From a virus (Duplodnaviria; Caudoviricetes): a stretch of 46,378 nucleotides of DNA. The notes under the pieces are model-generated. The model made no database searches and was not told where the DNA came from. It worked only from the letters and a program-made list of their open reading frames with translations. Numbering within the stretch: the first letter of the stretch is position 1; each line of letters begins with the position of its first letter. The stretch covers positions 1-46,378 of IMG/VR virus record IMGVR_UViG_3300033109_000079. One strand, written 5' to 3'. Below, piece after piece: positions 36,588 through 44,758 of the stretch. The position numbers and the translations under genes are program-made.

Positions 36588-38063
36588 TTACTCCGTGGGT
36601 TGTTCGGTTGGTGGAGGCGGCGCGACCGCCGGTGCCTGGTCATGCCGGGGATCGGAATCGAAGACGAGACCCAGTGCATCGGCGCGGGCGTTATCGGTCG
36701 CAATCTCCCGGTCGACATCCTCGGCGTCGTAGCCATAGGCCGAGATCGCCTCCGAACGGCTAGTGAGGCCCGCCCGGATGGCAAGCTTCATGGCGTTGAA
36801 CTCCTTCTGCGGATCGACCCACTGCCAGCCCTGGGGAATCCACTTGGCGGCTTGGTACTCACGCCGGCGACGGCTGTAGCCGGAGAGCGTGAGCGAACCT
36901 TCGAGCACTGCCTGATCCATCCAGGCCCGCCAGATCGGGCGGCAGAGCTGATGCACGATCACGCCGTGCTGGATCACTTCACAGCGACGGCGGAACTCCA
37001 GCAGCCCCGCACGGATCGACGAGTAGTTCACTTGCGTCAGGTCGCCCGTCAGCATCTCGTAGGTGATGCCCATGGCGGCCGCCACCGCCCTGAACTGCTG
37101 GCGCATGAACTCGGCGTAGGAGGAGCCGACATCGGCCGGTGCCGAGAACTTGATGTCCTCCCCCGGCTCCAGAATTTGCAGGGTGCCCGGTTCGAGTCCG
37201 GCCAGTGCCACTCCATTGGGGTCGGCCAGTCCCTCGCCCATCAGGTTGTCTTCGGGGGCCAGGCGCGTGATGAATCCCGCGAACATCGCGGCGGTCTTCT
37301 TGCGCACCAGTTCGGCGTCGTCGTACTGGTCGAGTTCGTTGAGCTTCACTAGCGCGCGGGCGAGCCACGGTTCGCCCCGGATCTGGCCAGGACGCAGCGG
37401 TCGGAAGAGATGAATCACTTCGGAGGCATCCACACGAACCGTTTCGACGCCACCCGACCCTGACATGGGTGCGAGAGAGCCATCGTTCGGATGGGAGCGA
37501 TACAGGTGGTAGGCGACACGCCGTCCCAGCCGGTCGAACTCGATGCCGGCACGGATGACGTTGCCGTTTGGCAACTCCCAGTTCATCGCCAGCGGCAGAT
37601 GCTCGGCCTCCAGCACTTGAATTTGGAGCGCCACCGGCAGTCCGTCCTCGGGCCGCCGCCAGCGCAGCCGCACAATCGCCTCGCCCCCCTCCAGCATCGC
37701 CCGGCAGGCGAGCGACTGCAGGCCATAGAAATCGGTGAGCCCCGCTGCATCGGCGGTCTCGCACCAGTCCCACCACAGACGCTGAATGGCTTCGCGTTGG
37801 GCCGCGTCATCCATCATGCTCTGCGGCTTGATGCCGGTACCGATGGCGTTGGCAACGAAGGCCTCGATGCCGGCGGCCGCCCAGGCGTTGCGCCGCACGA
37901 GATCGCGGCTCTTGGCTCGCAACCGTTCCTGCGTGTAGGCGAGTGCCGCCACCGCTCCGGGATTGGCCACCGTCCAGGCGAGCGTGCGTCGGCCGAGGCC
38001 TGCGCCGTCGTAGGTGGGTGTGCCGCCGAAGACCCGGCGTTTGATGGTTCCGAACCAGCCCAT
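36588..38063 (-). CDS. Portal protein, lambda family
   Basis: LRAKSRDLVRRN, RPGQIRGEP, LTGDLTQVNYSSIRAG and WQWVDPQKE. Confidence 0.95.
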   Translation of the reverse strand: MGWFGTIKRRVFGGTPTYDGAGLGRRTLAWTVANPGAVAALAYTQERLRAKSRDLVRRNAWAAAGIEAFVANAIGTGIKPQSMMDDAAQREAIQRLWWDWCETADAAGLTDFYGLQSLACRAMLEGGEAIVRLRWRRPEDGLPVALQIQVLEAEHLPLAMNWELPNGNVIRAGIEFDRLGRRVAYHLYRSHPNDGSLAPMSGSGGVETVRVDASEVIHLFRPLRPGQIRGEPWLARALVKLNELDQYDDAELVRKKTAAMFAGFITRLAPEDNLMGEGLADPNGVALAGLEPGTLQILEPGEDIKFSAPADVGSSYAEFMRQQFRAVAAAMGITYEMLTGDLTQVNYSSIRAGLLEFRRRCEVIQHGVIVHQLCRPIWRAWMDQAVLEGSLTLSGYSRRRREYQAAKWIPQGWQWVDPQKEFNAMKLAIRAGLTSRSEAISAYGYDAEDVDREIATDNARADALGLVFDSDPRHDQAPAVAPPPPTEQPTE

Positions 38064-38293
38064 CAGAATCCCTTCCCGGTGGTCACGCGGATCTGGCGCG
38101 GCGCACGCGGATACAGGCCAGTGGAAACGGCATCCTTGTGCATTGCGGCTTCGACCTCGGCGATGGCCTGCTTCAGTTCCTCGACGGTGCGGTACTCGAC
38201 CGTCTTGTCGCCGAAGGTCACGCGCTTCTCGCCCTTGGCCAGCGCATCACGCAGGGCCTGCAACTGCACCTCGGTGTAGGTCGGCGTGCTCAT
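38063..38293 (-). CDS. Head-tail joining protein (gpW-like)
   Basis: 76 aa upstream of portal: LQALRDALAKGEKRVTFGDKTVEYRTVEELKQAI. Confidence 0.85.
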   Translation of the reverse strand: MSTPTYTEVQLQALRDALAKGEKRVTFGDKTVEYRTVEELKQAIAEVEAAMHKDAVSTGLYPRAPRQIRVTTGKGF

Positions 38294-38685
38294 CGATAGA
38301 CCACCAGGCTGATCTCGGGCGTGTCGGCCAGCGACGCCGCCGAGCTGGTGCAGACCAGTTCGAGGTAATCGGCGGTCTTGCCATCAGTGGTGCCACGGGC
38401 CGCCGCGAAACGGATGGTTCCCGTCGCGGTGTTGCTCCTGCCCGTGGCGACCCAGCAGTACTTGGCGTCGGGAAACGGCGTCTCGAAGTCGATGCGGTAG
38501 CGGCCTGTCCCCAAGCGGGTCACCGAGGCCACGTTGTAGGCGGCGCGAAGCTGGATCGCCCCGCCGACGTAACCGAAATTCACCCAGGCGCGGGCGAGTC
38601 CCGGATGGTCGGGGCGGATCAGCCCCTTGATCTCGGTGCCGATGCGGGTGGCAAGCGCCGACAGTTGGGCGACGAGGCTCATCAC
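38290..38685 (-). CDS. Fibre-tip-like protein in head module (131 aa)
   Basis: ARAWVNF...AAYNVASVTRLGTGRYRIDF resembles phage fibre C-terminal domains. Confidence 0.6.
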   Translation of the reverse strand: MMSLVAQLSALATRIGTEIKGLIRPDHPGLARAWVNFGYVGGAIQLRAAYNVASVTRLGTGRYRIDFETPFPDAKYCWVATGRSNTATGTIRFAAARGTTDGKTADYLELVCTSSAASLADTPEISLVVYR

Positions 38686-39177
38686 TTACACCAGGGCGGC
38701 GTTGAAGATCGCTACGAAGTCGGTGTTGGGGTCGCCGATGTCGGTGGCGGCCACCGCGCCGATGTTGCTGCGCGCTTGCGTCTGTTCAGGGACGGTCAGC
38801 GTCTGCGCAGCATCGAAGCGCACGCGCTTGTCGATGGCGGCGGTGAGCGCGGCGATGCCGGTCTGGTCGTTCTGCAGCGCCTGCTGGAGTTCCAGCAGGG
38901 TGTCGTAGGCCGGGTCGGCACCGCCCAAGATGTCGGCCTTGAGGGCGTCGAGCACCGAGACGATTTTCGACGAGGAGTAGGTGCTGGTCGTGGCAACCGT
39001 CAGGTCGTCGATGGCCACCGCCGTGATGATCGCGGCCTTCAGTTCGTTGATCGCCGCCACCAGGCTCGACTTGTCGGTGGTGGTCAACGCGGTCAGCGTG
39101 CCGGTGCGTCCCTTGACGGTGTTGAATTCCTCGGCGACGCGCAGGACGAAGCTGTTGAGTTGGGTTTGCAGACTCAT
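38686..39177 (-). CDS. Fibre/whisker-like protein in head module (163 aa)
   Basis: GTLTALTTTDKSSLVAAINEL, GADPAYDTLLEL and QTLT..EQTQARSNIGA are trimeric-fibre-type motifs. Confidence 0.6.
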   Translation of the reverse strand: MSLQTQLNSFVLRVAEEFNTVKGRTGTLTALTTTDKSSLVAAINELKAAIITAVAIDDLTVATTSTYSSSKIVSVLDALKADILGGADPAYDTLLELQQALQNDQTGIAALTAAIDKRVRFDAAQTLTVPEQTQARSNIGAVAATDIGDPNTDFVAIFNAALV

Positions 39178-39203
39178 GGTGGGGTTCTCCAGTGGTGGTG
39201 TGA

Positions 39204-41171
39204 TCAGCTGAACCAGCGACTGCGAATGACGCGCCGGCCCGTTCTCGGGGTTCCAGAAACAGCGAGGCCACCGCGTTGGGTGGCCTCAGTGTGTTGTTCA
39301 ATTTGCGGATCGGGATCGCCAGGCGGCGAGAGTCCGATCTGTCGTTCCAGTTCACGCCAGTGCCGTTCCTCGAAGCGGTCGAGGCCGGCAGCACTCGCCG
39401 CCGCGCGGGCATACACGTAGCAGTCCAGCGCTTCGTTGCGCTCGCGCATCTTCTGCCACTCGCGGATGGCGAAGCCGTTGCGGTCGCGGCGGGTGATCAG
39501 CTGCTCGGCGCAGAGTTGCTGCACGAATTCGGCATCGACCTTGGGCAGATGCACGAAGCCGGTGGGGTAACGCAGCGTGACACCGTCCTCCAGCACATCC
39601 GCCGCCTTGCGCAGGTTGTTGTAAAACTCCAGCTTGGCAATGCCGACGGCGACCGAGAACACCTTGATGCCCCGGCGCAGCTTCTTGCCGCCTTGCGAGA
39701 GATCGACCGCCGTCGGCGTGCCCACGAGGGCCGCGCCCTTGGGCACGCCCTTGACCGCCATCACGCGGGGATCACGTACCAGCCGCACGAAGGTGTAGGC
39801 CTCCTGCGTGGCGAAGCCGGTGTCCAGGGCGAACCGGGCGAGCGGCAATTGCGCACCTGACTCGTGCGACCACGTTTCGGCGATCAGCTCGCCGAGGCGT
39901 TTCCACACCGCATCGCGGGCGGTGTCGCCCATCAGCACGCGGTGCTCGACGAGCCAGGACTCTTTGCCTCGCCCGAATGCCCAGATCGAGGCCTCGATGC
40001 GATCCTTCTGCACGTCGGCACCACCGACCAGCAACAGGCCGCCAGCCGGGATGCGCGCGATGGGGTAGTCCTCGCGCCGCTCGATGAGGCGTTGCCAGTC
40101 GGGGGCTTCGCCTTCCTCGACCCAGGTTTCGCCTAGCTCGGTGTTCTTGAAAGTCTTGATGGCGGCCGCCGATCCGGATTCCTTGTTCACTGCGCTCTCC
40201 CAGGCGGCGGCAATCTCCCGCCAGCTACGCCAGCCCACCGGGCTATACAGCGACGAGAGGTGGAACCCGGCCGTCTTGGCTCCGTTTTCCGGTACCAGTG
40301 CCCGCCATTCGCCGTGTTCCAGCATCCAAGTCTTGTGCTGCTCCGGGATGGGCTCGTCGCACGCCTCGCACACGTAGGCCGCCGTCTCGGGCTGCCCCTT
40401 CTCCCAGCGCAGTTGCTCGAAGCGCAACCACTGCCGGTGCGAACAGTGCGGGCACGGCAGAAAGTAGCGACGCTGGTCACTCGCCTCGTATTCACGCTCG
40501 ATGCTGCTCGCGCCGGCAATCGTCGGCGTCGAGACGATGAAGATCTTGCGCCGCGCGAAGGTGCGGGTGCGCGCCTCGGCGAGCGAGATCGCATCGCCTT
40601 CGCCATCGACGTCGGACGGATAACCATCGACCTCGTCGAGGAAGAGATACCGCACCGGCATCGAGCGCAGGCCCACCGCCGAGTTCGCCCCGGTCATCAC
40701 CAGCACGCCGCCCCGAAACTCCTTCGCCAGGATGGTGTTGCCGGCATCGCGGCTCCTCGCCGGCGCGATCAACTCGGCCAGCACCGGAGACTCCTCGATC
40801 AGCGGGTCGATCCGCTGCTTGGAGTTGCGCTTCGCCATTTCCACCGTGGGCGACACCGCCATCATCGGGCCAGGGGCGTGGTGGATCACATAGCCGATCC
40901 AGTTGTTGCCCATCTCGGTCGCGCCCAGTTGCGCCGCCTTCATGAACACGATCCGCTCGACCGCCGACATCGGCGACAGGCAATCCATGATCGCCTTCAG
41001 GTACGGCGTGCGGCTAGTACGCCAGCGGCCCGGCTCGGCGGACGCCTTGCTGGACAGCATCCGGTGGCGATCCGACCACTCAGACACCGTGAGCAAAGGA
41101 TCGGGCGTCAGCCCCTCCCGCCAGGCGCGTTCGATGTCGAGCCCGCCCTCGTAATCAGCGTCCAACATCAA
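39204..41171 (-). CDS. terL: Terminase large subunit (lambda gpA family)
   Basis: WRTSRTPYL, KAAQLGATE, YLFLDEVD, VSTPT, CPHC...C..C, GADVQKDR and RNEALDCYVYA. Confidence 0.96.
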   Translation of the reverse strand: MMLDADYEGGLDIERAWREGLTPDPLLTVSEWSDRHRMLSSKASAEPGRWRTSRTPYLKAIMDCLSPMSAVERIVFMKAAQLGATEMGNNWIGYVIHHAPGPMMAVSPTVEMAKRNSKQRIDPLIEESPVLAELIAPARSRDAGNTILAKEFRGGVLVMTGANSAVGLRSMPVRYLFLDEVDGYPSDVDGEGDAISLAEARTRTFARRKIFIVSTPTIAGASSIEREYEASDQRRYFLPCPHCSHRQWLRFEQLRWEKGQPETAAYVCEACDEPIPEQHKTWMLEHGEWRALVPENGAKTAGFHLSSLYSPVGWRSWREIAAAWESAVNKESGSAAAIKTFKNTELGETWVEEGEAPDWQRLIERREDYPIARIPAGGLLLVGGADVQKDRIEASIWAFGRGKESWLVEHRVLMGDTARDAVWKRLGELIAETWSHESGAQLPLARFALDTGFATQEAYTFVRLVRDPRVMAVKGVPKGAALVGTPTAVDLSQGGKKLRRGIKVFSVAVGIAKLEFYNNLRKAADVLEDGVTLRYPTGFVHLPKVDAEFVQQLCAEQLITRRDRNGFAIREWQKMRERNEALDCYVYARAAASAAGLDRFEERHWRELERQIGLSPPGDPDPQIEQHTEATQRGGLAVSGTPRTGRRVIRSRWFS

Positions 41172-41698
41172 TCCACCCTGGGGCGAACGTCGCCCAATTC
41201 CTGCAAGTGTTCTCGCACGGCGGTCTCCAGCGCGACGTGCAGCGTGTGAGCATCGACGCCGAGCTTCGATGCCATCTGCCCAGAAATGCGTGCCGGCCAG
41301 TTGAGCCAGGCATCGCGCTCAGAACGCGCCAGCTTGAAAACGTGGGCGATGGCCTGGGGCCGGTCGACCAGTTCGCCCTTGAGGCGGGCGAGGCGCACCT
41401 TGTTGGTCTGCGCCTTGACCACCTCGTTGACGGTGCGGGCCTGCAGCAGCGACGTGCCACCGGCATTCAATGCCGGAGCGATTGGCTCGCTGGCAGGCTC
41501 CTTCGCCGCGACCGTCTCAGCCCGGCGCTTGGTGCCCTCCTTGGGCGTGTCGGAATTCTTCGCCCAGTCCCGGTCGGCATTGTCCGGATCGATGCTGCCA
41601 TCGGCCTCCGGCGTAATCCGCCCGGCACGAATGGCCTTGTGCACGGCGGTGTCCGACACACCTCGGTGCCGGGCATAGGCGCGAATCGACAGTCCCAT
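41168..41698 (-). CDS. terS: Terminase small subunit (Nu1-like)
   Basis: N-terminal HTH MGLSIRAYARHRGVSDTAVHKAI and coiled region RLARLKGELVDR. Coupled to terL. The ORF track extends the start to 41710. Confidence 0.75.
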   Translation of the reverse strand: MGLSIRAYARHRGVSDTAVHKAIRAGRITPEADGSIDPDNADRDWAKNSDTPKEGTKRRAETVAAKEPASEPIAPALNAGGTSLLQARTVNEVVKAQTNKVRLARLKGELVDRPQAIAHVFKLARSERDAWLNWPARISGQMASKLGVDAHTLHVALETAVREHLQELGDVRPRVD

Positions 41699-41737
41699 GA
41701 TCTCCATCAAGCATTGGTGCGGCCCCGTTCAGATTCA

Positions 41738-41768
41738 GCTTGGCTTCTCTCTGGAACAGCGCGTTCAT
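41738..41768 (+). repeat. 31-bp motif copy 1
   Basis: GCTTGGCTTC-TCTCTG-GAACAGCGCGTTCAT. Confidence 0.95.
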
Positions 41769-41803
41769 GACATCACCATCAACGACGCCACAAGGTGAAA
41801 AAC

Positions 41804-41992
41804 ATGACGAAGCAAACCGCCAAAGACCTCGACCAGCAACTGCAGCAGATCGCGCTGGATCACCTGTTCATCGAAACCCTGGAAACCCGCCACAGCGACC
41901 GGTTGGACTTCCACGACGTCAGTGTCTTGGCCGTCAAGAGCGCTCTGCTGGCAGCTTACGAGGCAGGGCGGCAGGCCGCGAAGCAGGACTGA
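41804..41992 (+). CDS. Small protein, DUF6900-like (62 aa)
   Basis: QIALDHLFIETLETRHSDRLDFHDVSV..VKSALLAAYEAG. Confidence 0.75.
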   Translation: MTKQTAKDLDQQLQQIALDHLFIETLETRHSDRLDFHDVSVLAVKSALLAAYEAGRQAAKQD

Positions 41993-42008
41993 GAAAGAAG
42001 CAGAAGGC

Positions 42009-42039
42009 GCTTGGCTTCTCAATCGAACAGCGCGTTCAT
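42009..42039 (+). repeat. 31-bp motif copy 2
   Basis: GCTTGGCTTC-TCAATC-GAACAGCGCGTTCAT. The 40 bp at 42000-42039 are identical to 43082-43121. Confidence 0.95.
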
Positions 42040-42073
42040 GACCAGACCATCAACCACCACGAAGGAGCATCAA

Positions 42074-42622
42074 ATGACCACCATCCAACTGACCCCAGCC
42101 CAGCACGCGATCCTCGCCTACGCCATCGAGCACACCGCTGGCAAGATCGAATGGTTCCCCGACAACATCAAGGGCGGTGCCCGCACCAAGGTGCTGGAAG
42201 GACTGTTCAACAAGGCCCTGATCACCCGCGACAGCACCGACTGGTTCGTCGCCGCCGAGGGCTACGACGCCCTGGGGCGCGCTCGGCCGACGCCGACCAC
42301 CATTCACCCCGACCCCGAGGTCGAGGCCGCCGTGTCGGCCGCAGAGACCAACTGGGCGCAAGAAAAACAGGACGCGGCCAAGCAACTGCTCAAGGTGGGC
42401 GTCGAGGGCAAGCCCCGCACCCGCGAGAACAGCAAGCAGGCCGCCGTGATCCAGATGCTGCAGCGCCCGGAGGGGGCCACCATCAACCAGATCTGCGCGA
42501 CCACCGGCTGGCAGGCGCACACGGTGCGCGGCACCTTTGCCGGGGCATTCAAGAAGAAACTCGGGCTCACCATCACCTCGGAAAAGCCCGAGGGCGGTGA
42601 GCGCATCTACCGCGTCGGTTGA
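42074..42622 (+). CDS. DUF3489 domain protein (winged-helix-like C-terminus)
   Basis: RENSKQAAVIQMLQRPEGATINQICATTGWQAHTVRG...KKKLGLTI...RIYRV. AAGGAG RBS. Confidence 0.85.
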   Translation: MTTIQLTPAQHAILAYAIEHTAGKIEWFPDNIKGGARTKVLEGLFNKALITRDSTDWFVAAEGYDALGRARPTPTTIHPDPEVEAAVSAAETNWAQEKQDAAKQLLKVGVEGKPRTRENSKQAAVIQMLQRPEGATINQICATTGWQAHTVRGTFAGAFKKKLGLTITSEKPEGGERIYRVG

Positions 42623-42676
42623 TTTCGAGACGGGGTGGCGGCATCTCCACGCCACCCCAAAACAATCCCCGAAATA

Positions 42677-42707
42677 GCTTGGCTTCCCGATTGAACAGCG
42701 CGTTCAT
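42677..42707 (+). repeat. 31-bp motif copy 3
   Basis: GCTTGGCTTC-CCGATT-GAACAGCGCGTTCAT. Confidence 0.95.
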
Positions 42708-42741
42708 ACGAATGTCATCAACGAAAACAGGAGCAAGCGCC

Positions 42742-43074
42742 ATGACCACCGAAATCAACAACCACGCCAACCCTCTCCGTGTCCGCTTCACCCGCAAGCC
42801 CGTCGACCTGCAGGAGGTGCTGGCGGCCACACCCTACGACGAACGTCCAGAGCCGGTGATCATCAGCAAAACCCGCGAATTGACTCCTGCCGAGTACGAT
42901 GCTTTTTCCTGCACGCTGCTGCAAGATCGCGACTGGCTGGCCGGCAAAGGCGGGTACCCCGACCAGACCACACGGCACGTCGTCGAAGTCAAGGCCGAGA
43001 ATCGTAAGACCCTGTACGTCGACCCCTCGGGCAGCGCCTACGGGCGTTACGTCGGCATTGCCATCGAGGGTTGA
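42742..43074 (+). CDS. Small hypothetical protein (110 aa)
   Basis: AGGAG RBS. RFTRKP...YDAF...LLQDRDWL...LYVDPSGSAYGRYVG (possibly DUF6329-like). Confidence 0.75.
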   Translation: MTTEINNHANPLRVRFTRKPVDLQEVLAATPYDERPEPVIISKTRELTPAEYDAFSCTLLQDRDWLAGKGGYPDQTTRHVVEVKAENRKTLYVDPSGSAYGRYVGIAIEG

Positions 43075-43090
43075 AAAAGATGCAGAAGGC

Positions 43091-43121
43091 GCTTGGCTTC
43101 TCAATCGAACAGCGCGTTCAT
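43091..43121 (+). repeat. 31-bp motif copy 4
   Basis: GCTTGGCTTC-TCAATC-GAACAGCGCGTTCAT. Confidence 0.95.
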
Positions 43122-43157
43122 ACGGGTGTCGCAACGATCAACCCGAAGGAGAAAACG

Positions 43158-43526
43158 ATGACCACCACCAAGAAAATCCCCGCCACCCAAAACGATGCCT
43201 GGGGCTTTTGGGGAACGATGAACAACGACGCCCAAGCCGCCTGGCCCATCGCGATGACCGCGATCTCGGACGCCACCTGCCAGCCCCTCGAATCGATCAG
43301 AGCCTTCCTCGACAGCCGCCACGGGCGGCACTTTGCAGACGATGTCCTGAACGAGATGCTCAGGAGCCACGCCATCAAGCACGCGGTCGACGCGGCAGTC
43401 ACCCGCTGGATGGGCTGGACGATTGGCCGCCAGACCAGCAAGGAGTACGGCATCCCGCGCGGCCTGCCTTACCTGACGGGCTTTGTGATTCACTGCGAAA
43501 TCGTCGAAGAAGAACTCGCCGCCTGA
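43158..43526 (+). CDS. Small hypothetical protein (122 aa)
   Basis: AAGGAG RBS. PATQNDAWGFWGTM...FLDSRHGRHFADDV...YGIPRGLPYLTGFV. Overlaps the convergent MTase by 37 nt. Confidence 0.78.
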   Translation: MTTTKKIPATQNDAWGFWGTMNNDAQAAWPIAMTAISDATCQPLESIRAFLDSRHGRHFADDVLNEMLRSHAIKHAVDAAVTRWMGWTIGRQTSKEYGIPRGLPYLTGFVIHCEIVEEELAA

Positions 43527-44758
43527 TCGAACGCCACGCCATCCGCCAAGCGGGTGGCCTGCGCCCCGGCATAGTCCTGCCAACGGCGCACGATCACATC
43601 CACGTACTTCGGGTCGAGCTCAATGAGCCGCGCCCGCCGCCCCGACTTCCCGGCGGCGATCAGCGTGCTGCCAGATCCGCCGAAGGGGTCGAGCACGACG
43701 TCGCCTGGGCGGCTGGAATTGCGAATCGCGCGTTCCACCAGTTCCACCGGCTTCATGGTCGGGTGCAGATCGTTCTTCTGCGGTTTCTTGATCTGCCAGA
43801 CGTCGCCCTGGTCGCGGTCGCCGCACCAGTGGCGCTCGCCGCCCTCCGGCCAGCCGTAGAGGATGGGTTCGTACTGGCGCTGGTAATCGGCGCGCCCGAG
43901 GGTGAAGGTGTTCTTGGCCCAAATGATGAACGTCGACCAGTGCCCGCCGGCCGCCCGGAAGGCTGATTGCAGCGTATCCAATTCGCTGGATGACATCGCC
44001 ACGTAGACGCCGCCCCGACAGTGCGCCAAGGCTGGCGTCAGTGCGGCCAGCAGGAAGTCGTAGAAGCCCTCGCCGAGATTGTCGTTGAGGATCGCGCGGT
44101 TCTTGCCGCGCATCTTGTCCTTGGCGCTGTTGGCGTAGTTCACGTTGTAGGGCGGGTCGGTGAACACCATGCCGGCCAACTCGTCGCCCAGCACCGTGGC
44201 GTAGGCATCGGCATCGGTGGCGTCGCCACAGAGCACCCGGTGCCCGCCACAGATCCAGACATCGCCCGGTCGTGACACCGGCGTCTCCGGCACCTCGGGG
44301 GTTGCATCCTCGTCGGTCTGCCCCTCGGTGGTCGTCTCGCCGCCGGCGAGCAGATCAGCCAAGGCATCGGCATCGAAACCGGTCAGGGTCAGGTCGAAGT
44401 CGTCATCCTGCAGAGCGGTCAATTCCACTTGCAGCATCGCCTCGTCCCAGCCTGCGTTCTCGGCGATGCGGTTGTCCGCGATCACCAGCGCCCGGCGCTG
44501 GGTTGGGGTCAGGTGGTCGAGCACCACCACCGGTACCGTTTCTAGCCCAAGCTTCTGGGCGGCGGCCAATCGGCCATGCCCGGCAACGATCACGCCATCG
44601 CTGCCTGCGAGGATGGGATTGGTGAATCCGAACTCCACAATCGACGCTGCGATCTGCGCCACTTGCGATTCGGAATGAGTACGGGCGTTCCGGGCATAGG
44701 GCACGAGCCGGTCGGTCGGCCACTGCTCGATCTTGTCGGCGAGCCAGGAGATGCTCAT
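43490..44758 (-). CDS. ParB-like N-terminal domain + DNA adenine methyltransferase
   Basis: ParB/Srx-like PYARNARTH...EFGFTNPIL...AGHGRL...ADNR, then FTDPPYN, HPTMKP and LDPFGGSGST. Confidence 0.9.
   Translation of the reverse strand: MSISWLADKIEQWPTDRLVPYARNARTHSESQVAQIAASIVEFGFTNPILAGSDGVIVAGHGRLAAAQKLGLETVPVVVLDHLTPTQRRALVIADNRIAENAGWDEAMLQVELTALQDDDFDLTLTGFDADALADLLAGGETTTEGQTDEDATPEVPETPVSRPGDVWICGGHRVLCGDATDADAYATVLGDELAGMVFTDPPYNVNYANSAKDKMRGKNRAILNDNLGEGFYDFLLAALTPALAHCRGGVYVAMSSSELDTLQSAFRAAGGHWSTFIIWAKNTFTLGRADYQRQYEPILYGWPEGGERHWCGDRDQGDVWQIKKPQKNDLHPTMKPVELVERAIRNSSRPGDVVLDPFGGSGSTLIAAGKSGRRARLIELDPKYVDVIVRRWQDYAGAQATRLADGVAFDQAASSSSTISQ

Noticed and set aside
24965-39420. Long antisense ORFs (e.g. 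24965-26596, 27943-29883, 29174-30763, 38014-39420; likewise 10390-11820)
   Set aside because: They fully overlap well-supported genes on the opposite strand and lack motifs, which is expected in high-GC DNA.
41754-41766. GAAC-N5-GTTC as an SOS (LexA) box
   Set aside because: The Gram-positive box is GAAC-N4-GTTC and the beta/gamma-proteobacterial box is CTGT-N8-ACAG. Neither fits.
42632-42658. GGGGTGGCG/CGCCACCCC hairpin as an intrinsic terminator
   Set aside because: The 9-bp stem is real, but no U-tract follows it on either strand, so it is left uncalled.
41738-43121. 31-bp repeats as a CRISPR array or integron attC sites
   Set aside because: Start-to-start spacing is 271, 668 and 414 bp, and each interval holds a whole gene. 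There is no cas operon or integron integrase, and the motif lacks the RYYYAAC...GTTRRRY attC structure and length.
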